DNA from: Candidatus Eiseniibacteriota bacterium
GTDB taxonomy: Bacteria > Eisenbacteria > RBG-16-71-46 > CAVPCR01
Direction of reading: 5' to 3'
Assembly (NCBI GenBank): GCA_963702435.1
Contig: CAVPCR010000005.1
Span: 96,001-160,000, forward strand
DNA length: 64,000 nt
This document shows positions 18,681-28,224 of this stretch, one piece after another. Under the pieces are notes generated by a model. The model saw only the letters and a list, made by a program, of their open reading frames with translations, had not been told where the DNA came from and did no database searches. The position numbers and the translations under genes were made by a program. The stretch's first letter is position 1. Every line of letters starts with the position of its first letter.

Positions 18681-20462
18681 TCAGCGCAGGACCAGGAACT
18701 TGACGCCCGCCGCGCTGCCGCCGCGGAGCCGCGCGAAGTAGACGCCGTTCGCCGCCTCGCCCGGCGACCAGCTGGCGCGCCCGGCGCTCGCCGGCGCGAG
18801 CCGGTCGATGATGCGGCCCTGCATGTCCACGATCTCGATCACGACCGGGCGCAGCGCGCCCTCGATCGCGAACTCGGCGCGCGCGCCGATCGGATTCGGG
18901 GCGACGCGGAGCGCGAGCTCGTCGAGGAGCGGCGTAGCGGCCAGCACGGCGGCGGCATACGGGCTCCCGCCGTAGACGCCCGTGTTCCGCGCGTCCACGT
19001 TCCGGAGAGGCCAGTCGGCGCGGCCCGGCAACGCCTCCCCTGTCGTGTCCCACGCGTACACGAGACCGTTCCAGGTGGCGGCGACCAGCTCGAAGAGCCC
19101 GTCCCCGTCGATGTCGCCGGCAGCGACGCCGGAGATCGAGGGGGCCGCCATGAAGAGCGGGTATCCGGCGAGGAGCTGGCCGTTCCGGTTGAACGCGCGG
19201 AGATCACCGGCATCGGTCGCGACGCAGACATCCTGATAGCCGTCGTTGTCCACGTCGACGACGGTCGGGAAACCCTCGGGCCAGCCGACCACGTTCACCG
19301 GCCAGCCCGGGAGCAAGGCGCCCGTCGCGAGATCGAGCGCGAACACGCGGTTGTCGCCGGTCAGGTGATTGTCGGTCGCCACGAGCTCGGGCCGGCCGTC
19401 TCCGGTCACATCGCCGAGCGCGATGTAGTAGAGCTGGCTCGAAGTCGCGATCGCCTTCGGATAGCCGGCGACTGCCGTGCCGTCGTGATGCCGCGCGTAG
19501 ACGCGCGACCCGGCGCCGTCCCAGTGCCCGATCAGGATCTCCAAGTTCCCGTCGCCATCGAGATCCACCGGCACCGGCGGCCCGAACGGGAGGTAGCCGC
19601 CGGAGAAGGTGTGGAGCGTGATCGGATAGCCGGCTTGCTCGCCGCCCGCCGCCGTGAACACGTGGAGCTTGAGCGACGGGGTCACGAAGGAAACCGCGAA
19701 CATCTCCGCATGGCCGTCGCCGTCCACGTCCCCGAAGTAGAGGGAGAGGATATTCTCGGCGGCGTTCACATCGGTCGTGAAGAGCCGCGTCCCCAGATGA
19801 TCGAAGCCGGACACGCGGTAATGGATGAAGTTGTTGCCGCGCGTGTGCGGGCCCCAGGCCTCGAGGTCCCCGTCCACATCCACATCGCCGAGGACGAACG
19901 GCACATCGAGCGCGTTCGACTGCGCCTCGATCGCTTCCTGCGGAAAGCCCGGGAGGTTGGTTGCATCCACGTTCTTCCCGTTGAAGCACCACATGCGGGC
20001 GCTCCCGGCGTACCAGTCGCGCTCGGACCAGAGGATCTCGACATCGCCGTCGCCGGAGAGGTCGGCGGCGGAGGGTCCGGGCTTCTGATCGTTCGTGCCG
20101 TAGCCCATGTAGGCCTGTTCGACCGTCGGCCAGCCGGGGAGGAAGGTGCCATCGCCGCGCAGACCGAAGGTGTGGCCGCCGGTCAGGAAGATCTCATCGG
20201 CGCCGTCGAGATCGGCGTCGAAGAGGGTCGGCGTGTAGGGGTAGCCTGCGCTGGGACACTGGAGGTTCACGGGCCAGCCCACGCGGAGGGCGGGAGCGGG
20301 CGGGGTGTCATGCGCGGGAGTCGCGGTCGCGGCCAGCGGCTCACCGGAGTCGGGGGCCGTGGTCCAGGGTGTCGCGTGGCGGGCGGGATTCTCGGCAGCC
20401 AGGGCCGCAGTCACCGGCATGACGAGGACGAGGACAAGCGGGATCAGCTTCGAGGAGAGCAT
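18681..20462 (-). CDS. FG-GAP/VCBS repeat secreted protein with T9SS-type CTD
   Basis: Multiple DLDGDG-type repeats and LPGWP motifs; APNP...NGVYFARL...KFLVLR. Confidence 0.85.
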   Translation of the reverse strand: MLSSKLIPLVLVLVMPVTAALAAENPARHATPWTTAPDSGEPLAATATPAHDTPPAPALRVGWPVNLQCPSAGYPYTPTLFDADLDGADEIFLTGGHTFGLRGDGTFLPGWPTVEQAYMGYGTNDQKPGPSAADLSGDGDVEILWSERDWYAGSARMWCFNGKNVDATNLPGFPQEAIEAQSNALDVPFVLGDVDVDGDLEAWGPHTRGNNFIHYRVSGFDHLGTRLFTTDVNAAENILSLYFGDVDGDGHAEMFAVSFVTPSLKLHVFTAAGGEQAGYPITLHTFSGGYLPFGPPVPVDLDGDGNLEILIGHWDGAGSRVYARHHDGTAVAGYPKAIATSSQLYYIALGDVTGDGRPELVATDNHLTGDNRVFALDLATGALLPGWPVNVVGWPEGFPTVVDVDNDGYQDVCVATDAGDLRAFNRNGQLLAGYPLFMAAPSISGVAAGDIDGDGLFELVAATWNGLVYAWDTTGEALPGRADWPLRNVDARNTGVYGGSPYAAAVLAATPLLDELALRVAPNPIGARAEFAIEGALRPVVIEIVDMQGRIIDRLAPASAGRASWSPGEAANGVYFARLRGGSAAGVKFLVLR

Positions 20463-20566
20463 GGGCAGCTCCTTCGCCGATGTTGGGGATTGGCCTCCCG
20501 TAACGATCCTCCTCGCGGCCGCCTTCGTCAAGCCCTCGTCCCCGCATCCCGGCGCGCCGGAAACAC

Positions 20567-20594
20567 GAAGGCCCGGCTCACGGGCCGGGCCTTC
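20567..20594 (-). terminator. Rho-independent terminator-like hairpin after the DUF4397 gene
   Basis: gaaggcccggc-N6-gccgggccttc, 11-bp stem followed by GTGTTT on the minus strand. Confidence 0.7.
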
Positions 20595-20619
20595 CTGGGT
20601 CGCGCGGAGGATGGCGTAG

Positions 20620-22557
20620 CTACTTGAGCAGCGTCATCTTCTTGATCTGGGAGAAGTTCCCCGCAGTCAACCGGTAGTAGTAGATCCCCGACGCGTAGGA
20701 CGACGCATCGAAGGTCACGTTCTGGTTGCCTGCCGCCATGCGCTGATCGACGAGACGGCTCACCTCGCGCCCGGTCACGTCGTACACCGAGAGCGTTACG
20801 TCCATCTCTGCCGGCAGCGTGAAGGCGATCTGCGTCACCGGGTTGAAGGGGTTTGGCGAGTTCTGGGCGAGCGTCATCTCCGCCTCGCTTGTCGCCGTCA
20901 CCACCTCGGCATCCCCCGACCCCTTGGCCGCGAGATCGCTCTCCGGACCCGCCTCGGCCAGCGCGCTTACCGCCGGCAGGGCCAACACGTTCCCGTCCGG
21001 GAAGGCGACGTAGAGCCCGAACGCGGGGCCGTGCTGATTGTTGGACGGATCGAGGAAACCGGAGGCGAAGACGACCGCGGCGCCGCCGCCGAGGCCCCGG
21101 AGGTCAGCCTGGTAGGCGGCGACCACCGCGTTCGAACCGGCCGGGCGCACCTCGAGGCGGTAGTTGAGCGGGATCACCGGGAGGTAGCCCGAGAAGTCAC
21201 CGTAGCTCAGGTGCTTGTAGAGCGGCACCGCGAGCCAGCCGAGCCGACCGAAGATGTTCACGGTCGGGGCGTCGGTCGCGCCGTGGAAGGCGAGGAGGTC
21301 GACAAGACCCGGGTAACGTCCGCTCTCGCGACCGCCGTCGCGCGAGAAGATGTTGAAGCCGATCCCTCGCCCGTTCGGATTGGCCGCGAACTCATCGGGA
21401 TCAAGCACGCCGCTCGCGATGGCCACGTAGGTGCGGTCGGCCTCGAACGTGAAGGGGACGACCGCGATGATGTCACCGGGGCCGGACGAGTTGCCGGGCG
21501 CCACCCCGATCGGGATCTGCACTCCGGCCGGGACGTCGATGAAGGGCGTCGCCGCGCGGAAGGCGAAGTCATCGAGGAGGAGCGTGTTCCCCGCGTAGAT
21601 GTCCACCACCGCCGCGCCCGGGTCCGCCGCATTGTGGATCACCTGGAGGCGGGCCGTATCGCCGCCGCCGATCGCCTCGAGCGGGATAACCGTACCGTTG
21701 GGTAGCGCGACGAAGAGGCCGAAGCCGGCGCCGCCTTGGTTGGCGGCCGGATCGAGGAAGCCTGATGCGAAGACGAGGCCGGCGCCGCCGCGGAGGCCCC
21801 GGAGATCGGCGCGGTAGGAAGCGACGACGGCCGAGTTGTCATTGCCCAGCGTGACGTCGAGGATGAAGGGCAGGGCCAGAGTGCTCCGGTAGCGAGAGAA
21901 ATGGCCATACCTGAGATTGTCGAAGAGGAGCAGGCCGTTCCTGGCGCTGTCGCCCGACAGTTCCGCGGCGCCGTGGATCGGCTCGCCCAGCTCGGCCGCG
22001 TACTTCTCGGCGAGGGCGAGGTCCTCTTCGCTGCTGCTCTCAGCGCCAGTCGGGCGGAGCGAGTAGTCCAGGCGCGCGACCACATCCACGGTCGGTGCAT
22101 CGGTCACGCCGTGGAACGCCATCAAGTCAACGAACCAGGGGTAGCGCGCTCGCTCGCGCAGGCCGTCTCTCGCGAAGAGAGTGAAGGCGATGTTAGCGCC
22201 CTCCGGATTCGCCGCGAACTCGTCGGGGTCGAGCACGCCGTTGGCCATCGCCACGTACTTCTTGCCGGCCGCGAGCGTCACCGGGAAGGTGGCGAGGATG
22301 TCACCAGGACCGCTCGAGTTGCCCGGGGCGACGCCGATCTCGAGTTCCACGTCTGCCGGCACATCCACGAACGGAGTGGCAGCGCGAAACGCGAAGTTGT
22401 CGAGGAAGAGCCCGTCGTTGACGTAGATGTCGACGACTGCGGCGGTCGGATCCGCGGCGTTGTGCACGACCTGGAGGCGCGCCGTGCTGGCGAAGGTGGC
22501 CGGAGCGAGCGAGAGGAGGAGCAGGGCGATCGCGCCCTGGGTCACGATGGTTCGCAT
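20620..22557 (-). CDS. DUF4397 repeat secreted protein with T9SS-type CTD
   Basis: Two copies of ARLQV.HNAADP.AAVVDIY and FHG.TDAPTV; LAQNSPNPFNP...SGIYYYRL...KKMTLLK. Confidence 0.88.
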   Translation of the reverse strand: MRTIVTQGAIALLLLSLAPATFASTARLQVVHNAADPTAAVVDIYVNDGLFLDNFAFRAATPFVDVPADVELEIGVAPGNSSGPGDILATFPVTLAAGKKYVAMANGVLDPDEFAANPEGANIAFTLFARDGLRERARYPWFVDLMAFHGVTDAPTVDVVARLDYSLRPTGAESSSEEDLALAEKYAAELGEPIHGAAELSGDSARNGLLLFDNLRYGHFSRYRSTLALPFILDVTLGNDNSAVVASYRADLRGLRGGAGLVFASGFLDPAANQGGAGFGLFVALPNGTVIPLEAIGGGDTARLQVIHNAADPGAAVVDIYAGNTLLLDDFAFRAATPFIDVPAGVQIPIGVAPGNSSGPGDIIAVVPFTFEADRTYVAIASGVLDPDEFAANPNGRGIGFNIFSRDGGRESGRYPGLVDLLAFHGATDAPTVNIFGRLGWLAVPLYKHLSYGDFSGYLPVIPLNYRLEVRPAGSNAVVAAYQADLRGLGGGAAVVFASGFLDPSNNQHGPAFGLYVAFPDGNVLALPAVSALAEAGPESDLAAKGSGDAEVVTATSEAEMTLAQNSPNPFNPVTQIAFTLPAEMDVTLSVYDVTGREVSRLVDQRMAAGNQNVTFDASSYASGIYYYRLTAGNFSQIKKMTLLK

Positions 22558-22911
22558 TCTCGATCTCCTTCGAGCGAAGTGCAGGTTGTCAGTGGATGAC
22601 TGCCCTGGGCTCAAGTCGCCCGCAGGTAGGGCTTCCCTCTTACGCCCTTGAGATCGATCGCCCCGAGATAGTGTTCAAGTATTTTGCGGGACAATCAGGA
22701 ATCCGCATGCCTGGTCGGATCCTGGTCGAGTGTTATAACTTATTGGCAAAATTAGCGTTAAGTACGTCCGACCCCACTTGAGCGGCAGCTTGCGCCCGGC
22801 GGCGAGCCGCGGCCGGGCCGCCCGTGGCGCAGGCCCGGCGGCGAGCCGCACGCGGGGTCGAAGTCCCCGGCCGAGTCGGTCGACTTCTGGCTCGAGCTCC
22901 TCGGGGAGACC

Positions 22912-23016
22912 ATGGCCGAGAAGCCGGCCACCGAGGAGTTGCTCCGCTATCCGCCGGTCAAGTTCTACTACCTGAACTGCGGGCTCGGCTGCGCCTGCAA
23001 GCCGCTCGAGTCCTGA
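22912..23016 (+). CDS. Possible 34-aa Cys-rich peptide or 3' gene remnant
   Basis: MAEKPATEELLRYPPVKFYYLNCGLGCACKPLES*; strong GC3 bias that extends upstream of the ATG. Confidence 0.4.
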   Translation: MAEKPATEELLRYPPVKFYYLNCGLGCACKPLES

Positions 23017-23030
23017 GCCGCTCCGTTCCG

Positions 23031-23525
23031 TCACCGCGCTCGGGCTTCGCTCACGAGATCCCGCACGCCGGCCAGGACCTCAGCGCGCAGGCCCGGATAG
23101 GCCGCGGCGACCACCGGCGACAGCTCCTCGCCGAAGGTTTCCGCGTCCTCCACCTCGACCGCGAAGATGTGGACGTCCTCGGCCAGCGCCTTGACCCGTC
23201 CCATCCACCGCCCGAGCTCGAGCGCGGTTGCGAAGTTGGCGTCGTGCACGTTCGAGAGATGGAGCGTGTCGCGGAGCTCGAGGCCCGTGAAGCGGTAGAG
23301 CGACCCGGGCACGCCACCCTGCGTGCGGATCGCATCGATCACGATCAGGCGATCGTAGCCGGCGACCACCTCGATCAGGTCGAGGCCACCGATCGAGCAC
23401 TCGGGGACGACATCCATCCCGGCCGTCCCCGCCAGGTCTATCCCCACGTCGCACGCAAGCCGCACTCCCACCGCGTCATCGCGGAGGATCGGATTGCCCA
23501 TGCCGAGGAGGAGCGTCCGCTTCAC
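23031..23525 (-). CDS. Hydrogenase maturation protease
   Basis: LLGMGNPILRDDAVG; LIVIDA; NVHD. Confidence 0.93.
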   Translation of the reverse strand: MKRTLLLGMGNPILRDDAVGVRLACDVGIDLAGTAGMDVVPECSIGGLDLIEVVAGYDRLIVIDAIRTQGGVPGSLYRFTGLELRDTLHLSNVHDANFATALELGRWMGRVKALAEDVHIFAVEVEDAETFGEELSPVVAAAYPGLRAEVLAGVRDLVSEARAR

Positions 23526-23550
23526 CCCCGACTCCTCGGCGGCGGCCGGT

Positions 23551-25011
23551 TCAGGGTCGTTTGAAGTGGCGATGGAGCTCGCCTCCCTTCCAGATGCGGA
23601 CCTCGAGCGGCATCTGCCCGGGCAGGCTGTGGGTCGCGCAGCTGAAGCAGGGATCGAAGGCGCGGAAGGCCATCTCGATCCGGTTCAGGATCCCTTGCGT
23701 CGGCTCGACGCCCGGCCGGATCATCGCCTGGGCCACCTTCTTGGTCACCATGTGGATGGCGGCGTTGTTGTTCGTCGTGCCGACGATCAGGTTCGCGCTC
23801 GTGCATATCCCGCGCTCGTCGCACGTATAGTGATGAGTGAGCGTGCCGCGCATGGCCTCGACGATCCCGACCCCCTCGCCGGTGATCCGCTGGGGCACCA
23901 CCCGGAAGCGGTCGCCGGTGATCTCGGGATCGGCGCAGTACTTCTTGAGCGTCTCCGCGTTCTGCACCATCTCGACGAGGCGGGCCCAGTGCTGCGCGAG
24001 GAGCGCCCGGCTCGGCTTCTGGCCGAGGGTCGTGAACATCTCCGCGTAGGCCTCGTTGGCGCGCGGCGTCGCCATGCGGTCGGCCACGTTGAGCCGCGAG
24101 AGCGGCGTCGCCGTGTAGAGGCTCGACTCGATCCCCTCGGTGAAGCCGCGCCAGCCGCGCTGCTTGAGATACGGGAACTTGAGATAGGTCCACGGCTCGA
24201 CGTGCTCGGCCACGTACTTGGCGTAGTCCGCCGGAGCGTACTTCACGATCTCCTGCCCCTGGAAGTCGACGACCCGCACCATCCCGTCATAGAAGTTCGG
24301 CGCGTTCTGCTCGTCGACGAGCCCCATGTTGTGGAGGTCGAGGGTGTAGGGTCCGTGGAGGATCAGCGTCACGTAGTCGGGGTTCGCCAGCACCTTGTCC
24401 CGGAACAGGGTGAGCGTGCCGAGCGCGAAATCGTAGAGCTCATCGGCGACCGGCTGGATCGCGGCCAGCTCCTCCTTCTTCAAGCCCTTCGACACCCCGC
24501 CCGGGAGGCACCACACGAGATGGGTCGCGCGGCCGCCGATCAGGCGCTGGATCTCCTGCGCCTGGGCCCGTGCCTTGACCGCCGCCACCACCACCTCGAG
24601 GCTCACCTGGGAGGCGATCCCGAGGACGTTGCGGATGGCGGGATCGGCGTCGGGGCCGAGCAGGAAGTCCGGAGCCGCGAGCGCGAAGAAGTGCGCGATG
24701 TGGCTGTGGATGTAGTGCGCCTGGTAGTACATGTCGCGGAGCTTGACCGCGAGCGGCGCCACCTCGCCCCCGAAGCAGCCGTCCACCGCCTTGGCCGAGG
24801 CCATGTGGTGGCTCGCCGGACAGACCCCGCAGATGCGGGTGACGATCCGCGGCAGCTCCTCGATCGGCCGGCCGACCACGAACCGCTCGAAGCCGCGGAG
24901 CTCGGGAATCTGGAAGTAACAGTCCTCGACCGCTCCTGTGTCGTCGAGGAAGATCTCGATCTTGCCGTGTCCCTCGAGCCGGGTGATCGGATCGATGCTG
25001 ATCGTCGTCAT
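23551..25011 (-). CDS. mvhA: [NiFe] hydrogenase large subunit, group 3c (Mvh type)
   Basis: IDPITRLEGH; RICGVCPASH; EMAFRAFDPCFSCATH plus cleavable C-terminal extension. Confidence 0.92.
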   Translation of the reverse strand: MTTISIDPITRLEGHGKIEIFLDDTGAVEDCYFQIPELRGFERFVVGRPIEELPRIVTRICGVCPASHHMASAKAVDGCFGGEVAPLAVKLRDMYYQAHYIHSHIAHFFALAAPDFLLGPDADPAIRNVLGIASQVSLEVVVAAVKARAQAQEIQRLIGGRATHLVWCLPGGVSKGLKKEELAAIQPVADELYDFALGTLTLFRDKVLANPDYVTLILHGPYTLDLHNMGLVDEQNAPNFYDGMVRVVDFQGQEIVKYAPADYAKYVAEHVEPWTYLKFPYLKQRGWRGFTEGIESSLYTATPLSRLNVADRMATPRANEAYAEMFTTLGQKPSRALLAQHWARLVEMVQNAETLKKYCADPEITGDRFRVVPQRITGEGVGIVEAMRGTLTHHYTCDERGICTSANLIVGTTNNNAAIHMVTKKVAQAMIRPGVEPTQGILNRIEMAFRAFDPCFSCATHSLPGQMPLEVRIWKGGELHRHFKRP

Positions 25012-25973
25012 GACCGGAAGCTCCTCTCGAGGTACGAGGCCGGGAGGCCGAACCGGTACGCGTAGTTCATGAAGTCCGGGATCGTGTCGAGGATGCTCTC
25101 GATCTCGTCGGGATCGCGGCTGTCGATGATGGAGGCCACCGCGGAGAGGAACTTGGCACCCTGGTCGGTCACGTTCGGCGCGGGGCCGTAGCAGCCGCGG
25201 CACGGCATTCCGCTCGTCGGGCAGCGCACGCCGCAGCCGGAGCGCGTTGCCGAGCCCGCGCACAGGATCCCCTGCTCCATGAGGCACTGCTCGGGATCGG
25301 CGATGATCTCCCAAGGGCGATAGAAGCGCTTGACCCACTTCTCCTTCTTCACCCGCGTGCAGTCGTCGCACACCGCGCGGTCGGCGGCGCCGACGACCGC
25401 GCCCTTGGCCGGCAGCGCGCCGGTGGCGATGGCGAGGATAGCGGCCTTCACCTGGTCGGGGGCCGGCGGGCACCCCGGCAGGTAGTAGTCGACATCCACG
25501 ATCTGGTCGAGCCGGTAGACCCGCTTGTAGAAGACGGGGATCTCGAGCTCCCCCGCCGCAACGTGAGTGTGCGGCGCCGGGACGGTCGTGTTCCCGGCCT
25601 CAAGCGACGGGTTGTCGAGATACACCAGCTGGAAGATCTCCTCGCGCGTCACCTGGTTGGCGAGGCCGGGGATCCCGCCCATGTGCGCGCAGGAGCCGAA
25701 CGCGACGAGGAGCTTCGACTTCTGCCGGAGGAGCTTGGCCACGCTCTCGTTCTCGCTGTTGCGCACCGCTCCGTTCCAGAACGTCACATCGAGCTCACCG
25801 TCGGCGAGCGCCGCCACGTCCTTGTACTTGCCGTCGGTCGCGATCGGCCACAGCCGGATGTCGCAGAGCCGGGCCACATCGAGGATGAACTCGTTGGTGT
25901 CGAGAACCGCCACATCGCAGCCGCCGCAGGCTGCGCCCCAGTAGAGGGCGATTTGCAGCTTACGCTCGGGCAT
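25008..25973 (-). CDS. mvhG: [NiFe] hydrogenase small subunit
   Basis: ACGGC; AFGSCA..GGIPGLAN; LPGCPP; VCDDC; C..QG..C.G.ATRSGCG..CP....CRGCYGP. Confidence 0.92.
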   Translation of the reverse strand: MPERKLQIALYWGAACGGCDVAVLDTNEFILDVARLCDIRLWPIATDGKYKDVAALADGELDVTFWNGAVRNSENESVAKLLRQKSKLLVAFGSCAHMGGIPGLANQVTREEIFQLVYLDNPSLEAGNTTVPAPHTHVAAGELEIPVFYKRVYRLDQIVDVDYYLPGCPPAPDQVKAAILAIATGALPAKGAVVGAADRAVCDDCTRVKKEKWVKRFYRPWEIIADPEQCLMEQGILCAGSATRSGCGVRCPTSGMPCRGCYGPAPNVTDQGAKFLSAVASIIDSRDPDEIESILDTIPDFMNYAYRFGLPASYLERSFRS

Positions 25974-26490
25974 GGGCCACCTCCGCTGTCTCGCCGCACG
26001 CCGCGGCCGATCCGTTCCCGCCCTCCTCGACGGACGCGGCGACAGCCGGATCGAGGTCCCGTCCCGCCAGGTCCGCCAGCAGCACCGGACGGATGGGTGA
26101 CGGCCCGAGCTCGCGGATCTTCGCGGTCATCTCGTCCACGATGTCGGCGAACCGCTTCCCCTCGCTCGCGCTCACCCACTCGAGCCGCACCCGCTCCTTC
26201 TCGATCCCGAAGCTCTCGATACAGCGCGCGAGCAGCTTCATCCGGCGGAGCGCCTTGTAGTTGCCCTCGGAGTAATGGCAGTCTCCGGGGTGACAGCCGC
26301 ACACGAGCACGCCGTCGGCGCCCGCCGCCAGACTCTTGAACACGAAGCTCGGATCCACGCGCGCCGAGCACATGACGCGGATCACGCGGACATTGGGCGC
26401 ATACTTGATGCGACTCGTGCCCGCCAGGTCGGCTCCCGTATAGGAGCACCAGTTGCAGAGGAACCCGACTATTCTAGGCTCGAAACGCAT
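25960..26490 (-). CDS. mvhD: Hydrogenase iron-sulfur subunit delta
   Basis: FEPRIVGFLCNWCSYTGADLAG; RVMCSARVDP; GCHPGDCHY; WVSASEG. Confidence 0.95.
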   Translation of the reverse strand: MRFEPRIVGFLCNWCSYTGADLAGTSRIKYAPNVRVIRVMCSARVDPSFVFKSLAAGADGVLVCGCHPGDCHYSEGNYKALRRMKLLARCIESFGIEKERVRLEWVSASEGKRFADIVDEMTAKIRELGPSPIRPVLLADLAGRDLDPAVAASVEEGGNGSAAACGETAEVAHARA

Positions 26491-28214
26491 TCCAGCAACC
26501 CCTCGATTTGCGCGTTGATCTGCTGATCGGTGAAGTGCCGGCCCTTGATCGCCCCGGAGGGGCAGGCGGCCACGCAGCACCCGCAGGCCTTGCACATGGC
26601 GCTGATCACGTGGCTCCGCCGCTTCTCCTCGTCGTACTCGATGGCCGCGTACGGACAGAGCTCGTTGCAGACGCGGCATCCGGAGCACAGGCTCTCGTTC
26701 ACCTCGGCGAACACCGCCGCCACCTCGATCCTGCCGTGGGCGACCTTGGCCAGGATGCGGGCGGCGGCCGCCTCGGCCTGGGCGACCGAGCCCGAGATGC
26801 CCTTCGGCGCCTGGCAGGCCCCGGCGATGAACACCCCGTCGGTGGTGGTCGCCACCGGATCGAGCTTGGGATGGCTCTCGATGAACCAGCCGTCCTTGTC
26901 CTGGCTGATGTTGACCGTGCGCGCCACCTTGGCCGCGTCCGGCCGCGGCTCCATCCCCACCATGAGGACGACCAGATCGGCCGGCACCTCGATCTCCTCG
27001 CCCGACAGCTTCTCGTTGATGCGGATCAGCATCTCGAAGTCGTCGCCGGGCGCGGACTCGACGATCCGCGGCGTCTCGCCCTTCTCGTACATGAGGAACA
27101 TGGTCTTCATCTCGGCCGTGCGCCGGTAGAAGTCCTCGCAGCCCTTGCCGAAGGCGTGCATGTCGATGTAGAGGTCGTAGACATAGCTCTTGGGCAGGGC
27201 CGACTTGATCTCGTGCCCGTACTTGAGCGCGGTCATGCAGCACACCCGCGAGCAGTAGGCGTGATAGAGGGGGCTCCGGCTGCCCACGCAGTGGATGAGC
27301 GCGACGTAGCGCGGGACGCGCCCGCCGCGGGTCATGATCCGCCCCTCGCGGAGCATCCGTTCGAACTCGAATGAGGTGATGACGTTGGGGAGCCGGCCGT
27401 AGCCGTAGTAGTCGATCCGCGCGGCGTCGAATTCCTTGAACCCGGTGGCGACGATGACGGCGCCGCAGGGCGCCTCGACCGGCCCGGCCGGCGTGCGGAT
27501 CCGCGCCTTGAAGTTGCCGATGAACCCGTCGAGCGCCTCGACCTCCGAGTCGAGAAGCACGCGGATGAACTCGTTCCGGGTGACGCGCCCGATCCGCTCG
27601 GCGAGGATGTCGCGCGCCGAGTCGAGGTACGGCGCGGTCAGATCCACCCGCGCCACGTTGCCGCCGAGCCGCCCCGTCTTCTCGACCAGGATCACCGGCT
27701 GCCCGGCGTCGGCCATCTCGAGCGCGGCGGTGAGCCCGGTGATGCCGCCCCCGATGACGAGCGTGGTCGGGCACATGTCCACGTAGCGCTTCTCGAGCGG
27801 CTCGTGCCACACGACCCGGCGGACGGCGGCGCGGGTGACAGCGGCCGCCTTCTCGGTGGCGGCTCGGTGGTCATCATGGACCCAGCTGCACTGCTCGCGG
27901 ATGTTGGCCATCTCGAGGAAGTAGGGGTTGATGCCGCCCGTCTGCAGGGCCCGCCGGAAGGTGGGCTCGTGCATGCGCGGACTGCAGGCCGCCACCACCA
28001 CCCGGTCGAGGCCGCGCTCCTTGATGTCCTGGACGATCATCTCCTGGCCCGGAGTCGAGCACATGTACTTGTACGACCGCGTGACCGCCACGCCCGGGAT
28101 GTCGGCCACCGAGCGCGCCACCGCCTCGCAGTCGACGACCTTGGCGATGTTGCTGCCGCAGTTGCAGACGTAGACGCCGATCTTCTGCTCGTTCGCGGAC
28201 CTCTGGTCGTCCAT
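26469..28214 (-). CDS. hdrA: HdrA-family flavoprotein (QmoB-like half): N-terminal FeS cysteines and C-terminal ferredoxin, no inserted ferredoxin
   Basis: IGVYVCNCG; YMCS; ACSP; NIREQCSWVH; GGGITG; CVGSR..YCSRVCC; CSGCRVCNELCP; CKACGCCVAACP. Confidence 0.9.
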   Translation of the reverse strand: MDDQRSANEQKIGVYVCNCGSNIAKVVDCEAVARSVADIPGVAVTRSYKYMCSTPGQEMIVQDIKERGLDRVVVAACSPRMHEPTFRRALQTGGINPYFLEMANIREQCSWVHDDHRAATEKAAAVTRAAVRRVVWHEPLEKRYVDMCPTTLVIGGGITGLTAALEMADAGQPVILVEKTGRLGGNVARVDLTAPYLDSARDILAERIGRVTRNEFIRVLLDSEVEALDGFIGNFKARIRTPAGPVEAPCGAVIVATGFKEFDAARIDYYGYGRLPNVITSFEFERMLREGRIMTRGGRVPRYVALIHCVGSRSPLYHAYCSRVCCMTALKYGHEIKSALPKSYVYDLYIDMHAFGKGCEDFYRRTAEMKTMFLMYEKGETPRIVESAPGDDFEMLIRINEKLSGEEIEVPADLVVLMVGMEPRPDAAKVARTVNISQDKDGWFIESHPKLDPVATTTDGVFIAGACQAPKGISGSVAQAEAAAARILAKVAHGRIEVAAVFAEVNESLCSGCRVCNELCPYAAIEYDEEKRRSHVISAMCKACGCCVAACPSGAIKGRHFTDQQINAQIEGLLECVSSLE

Positions 28215-28224
28215 CGCGTCTCCC

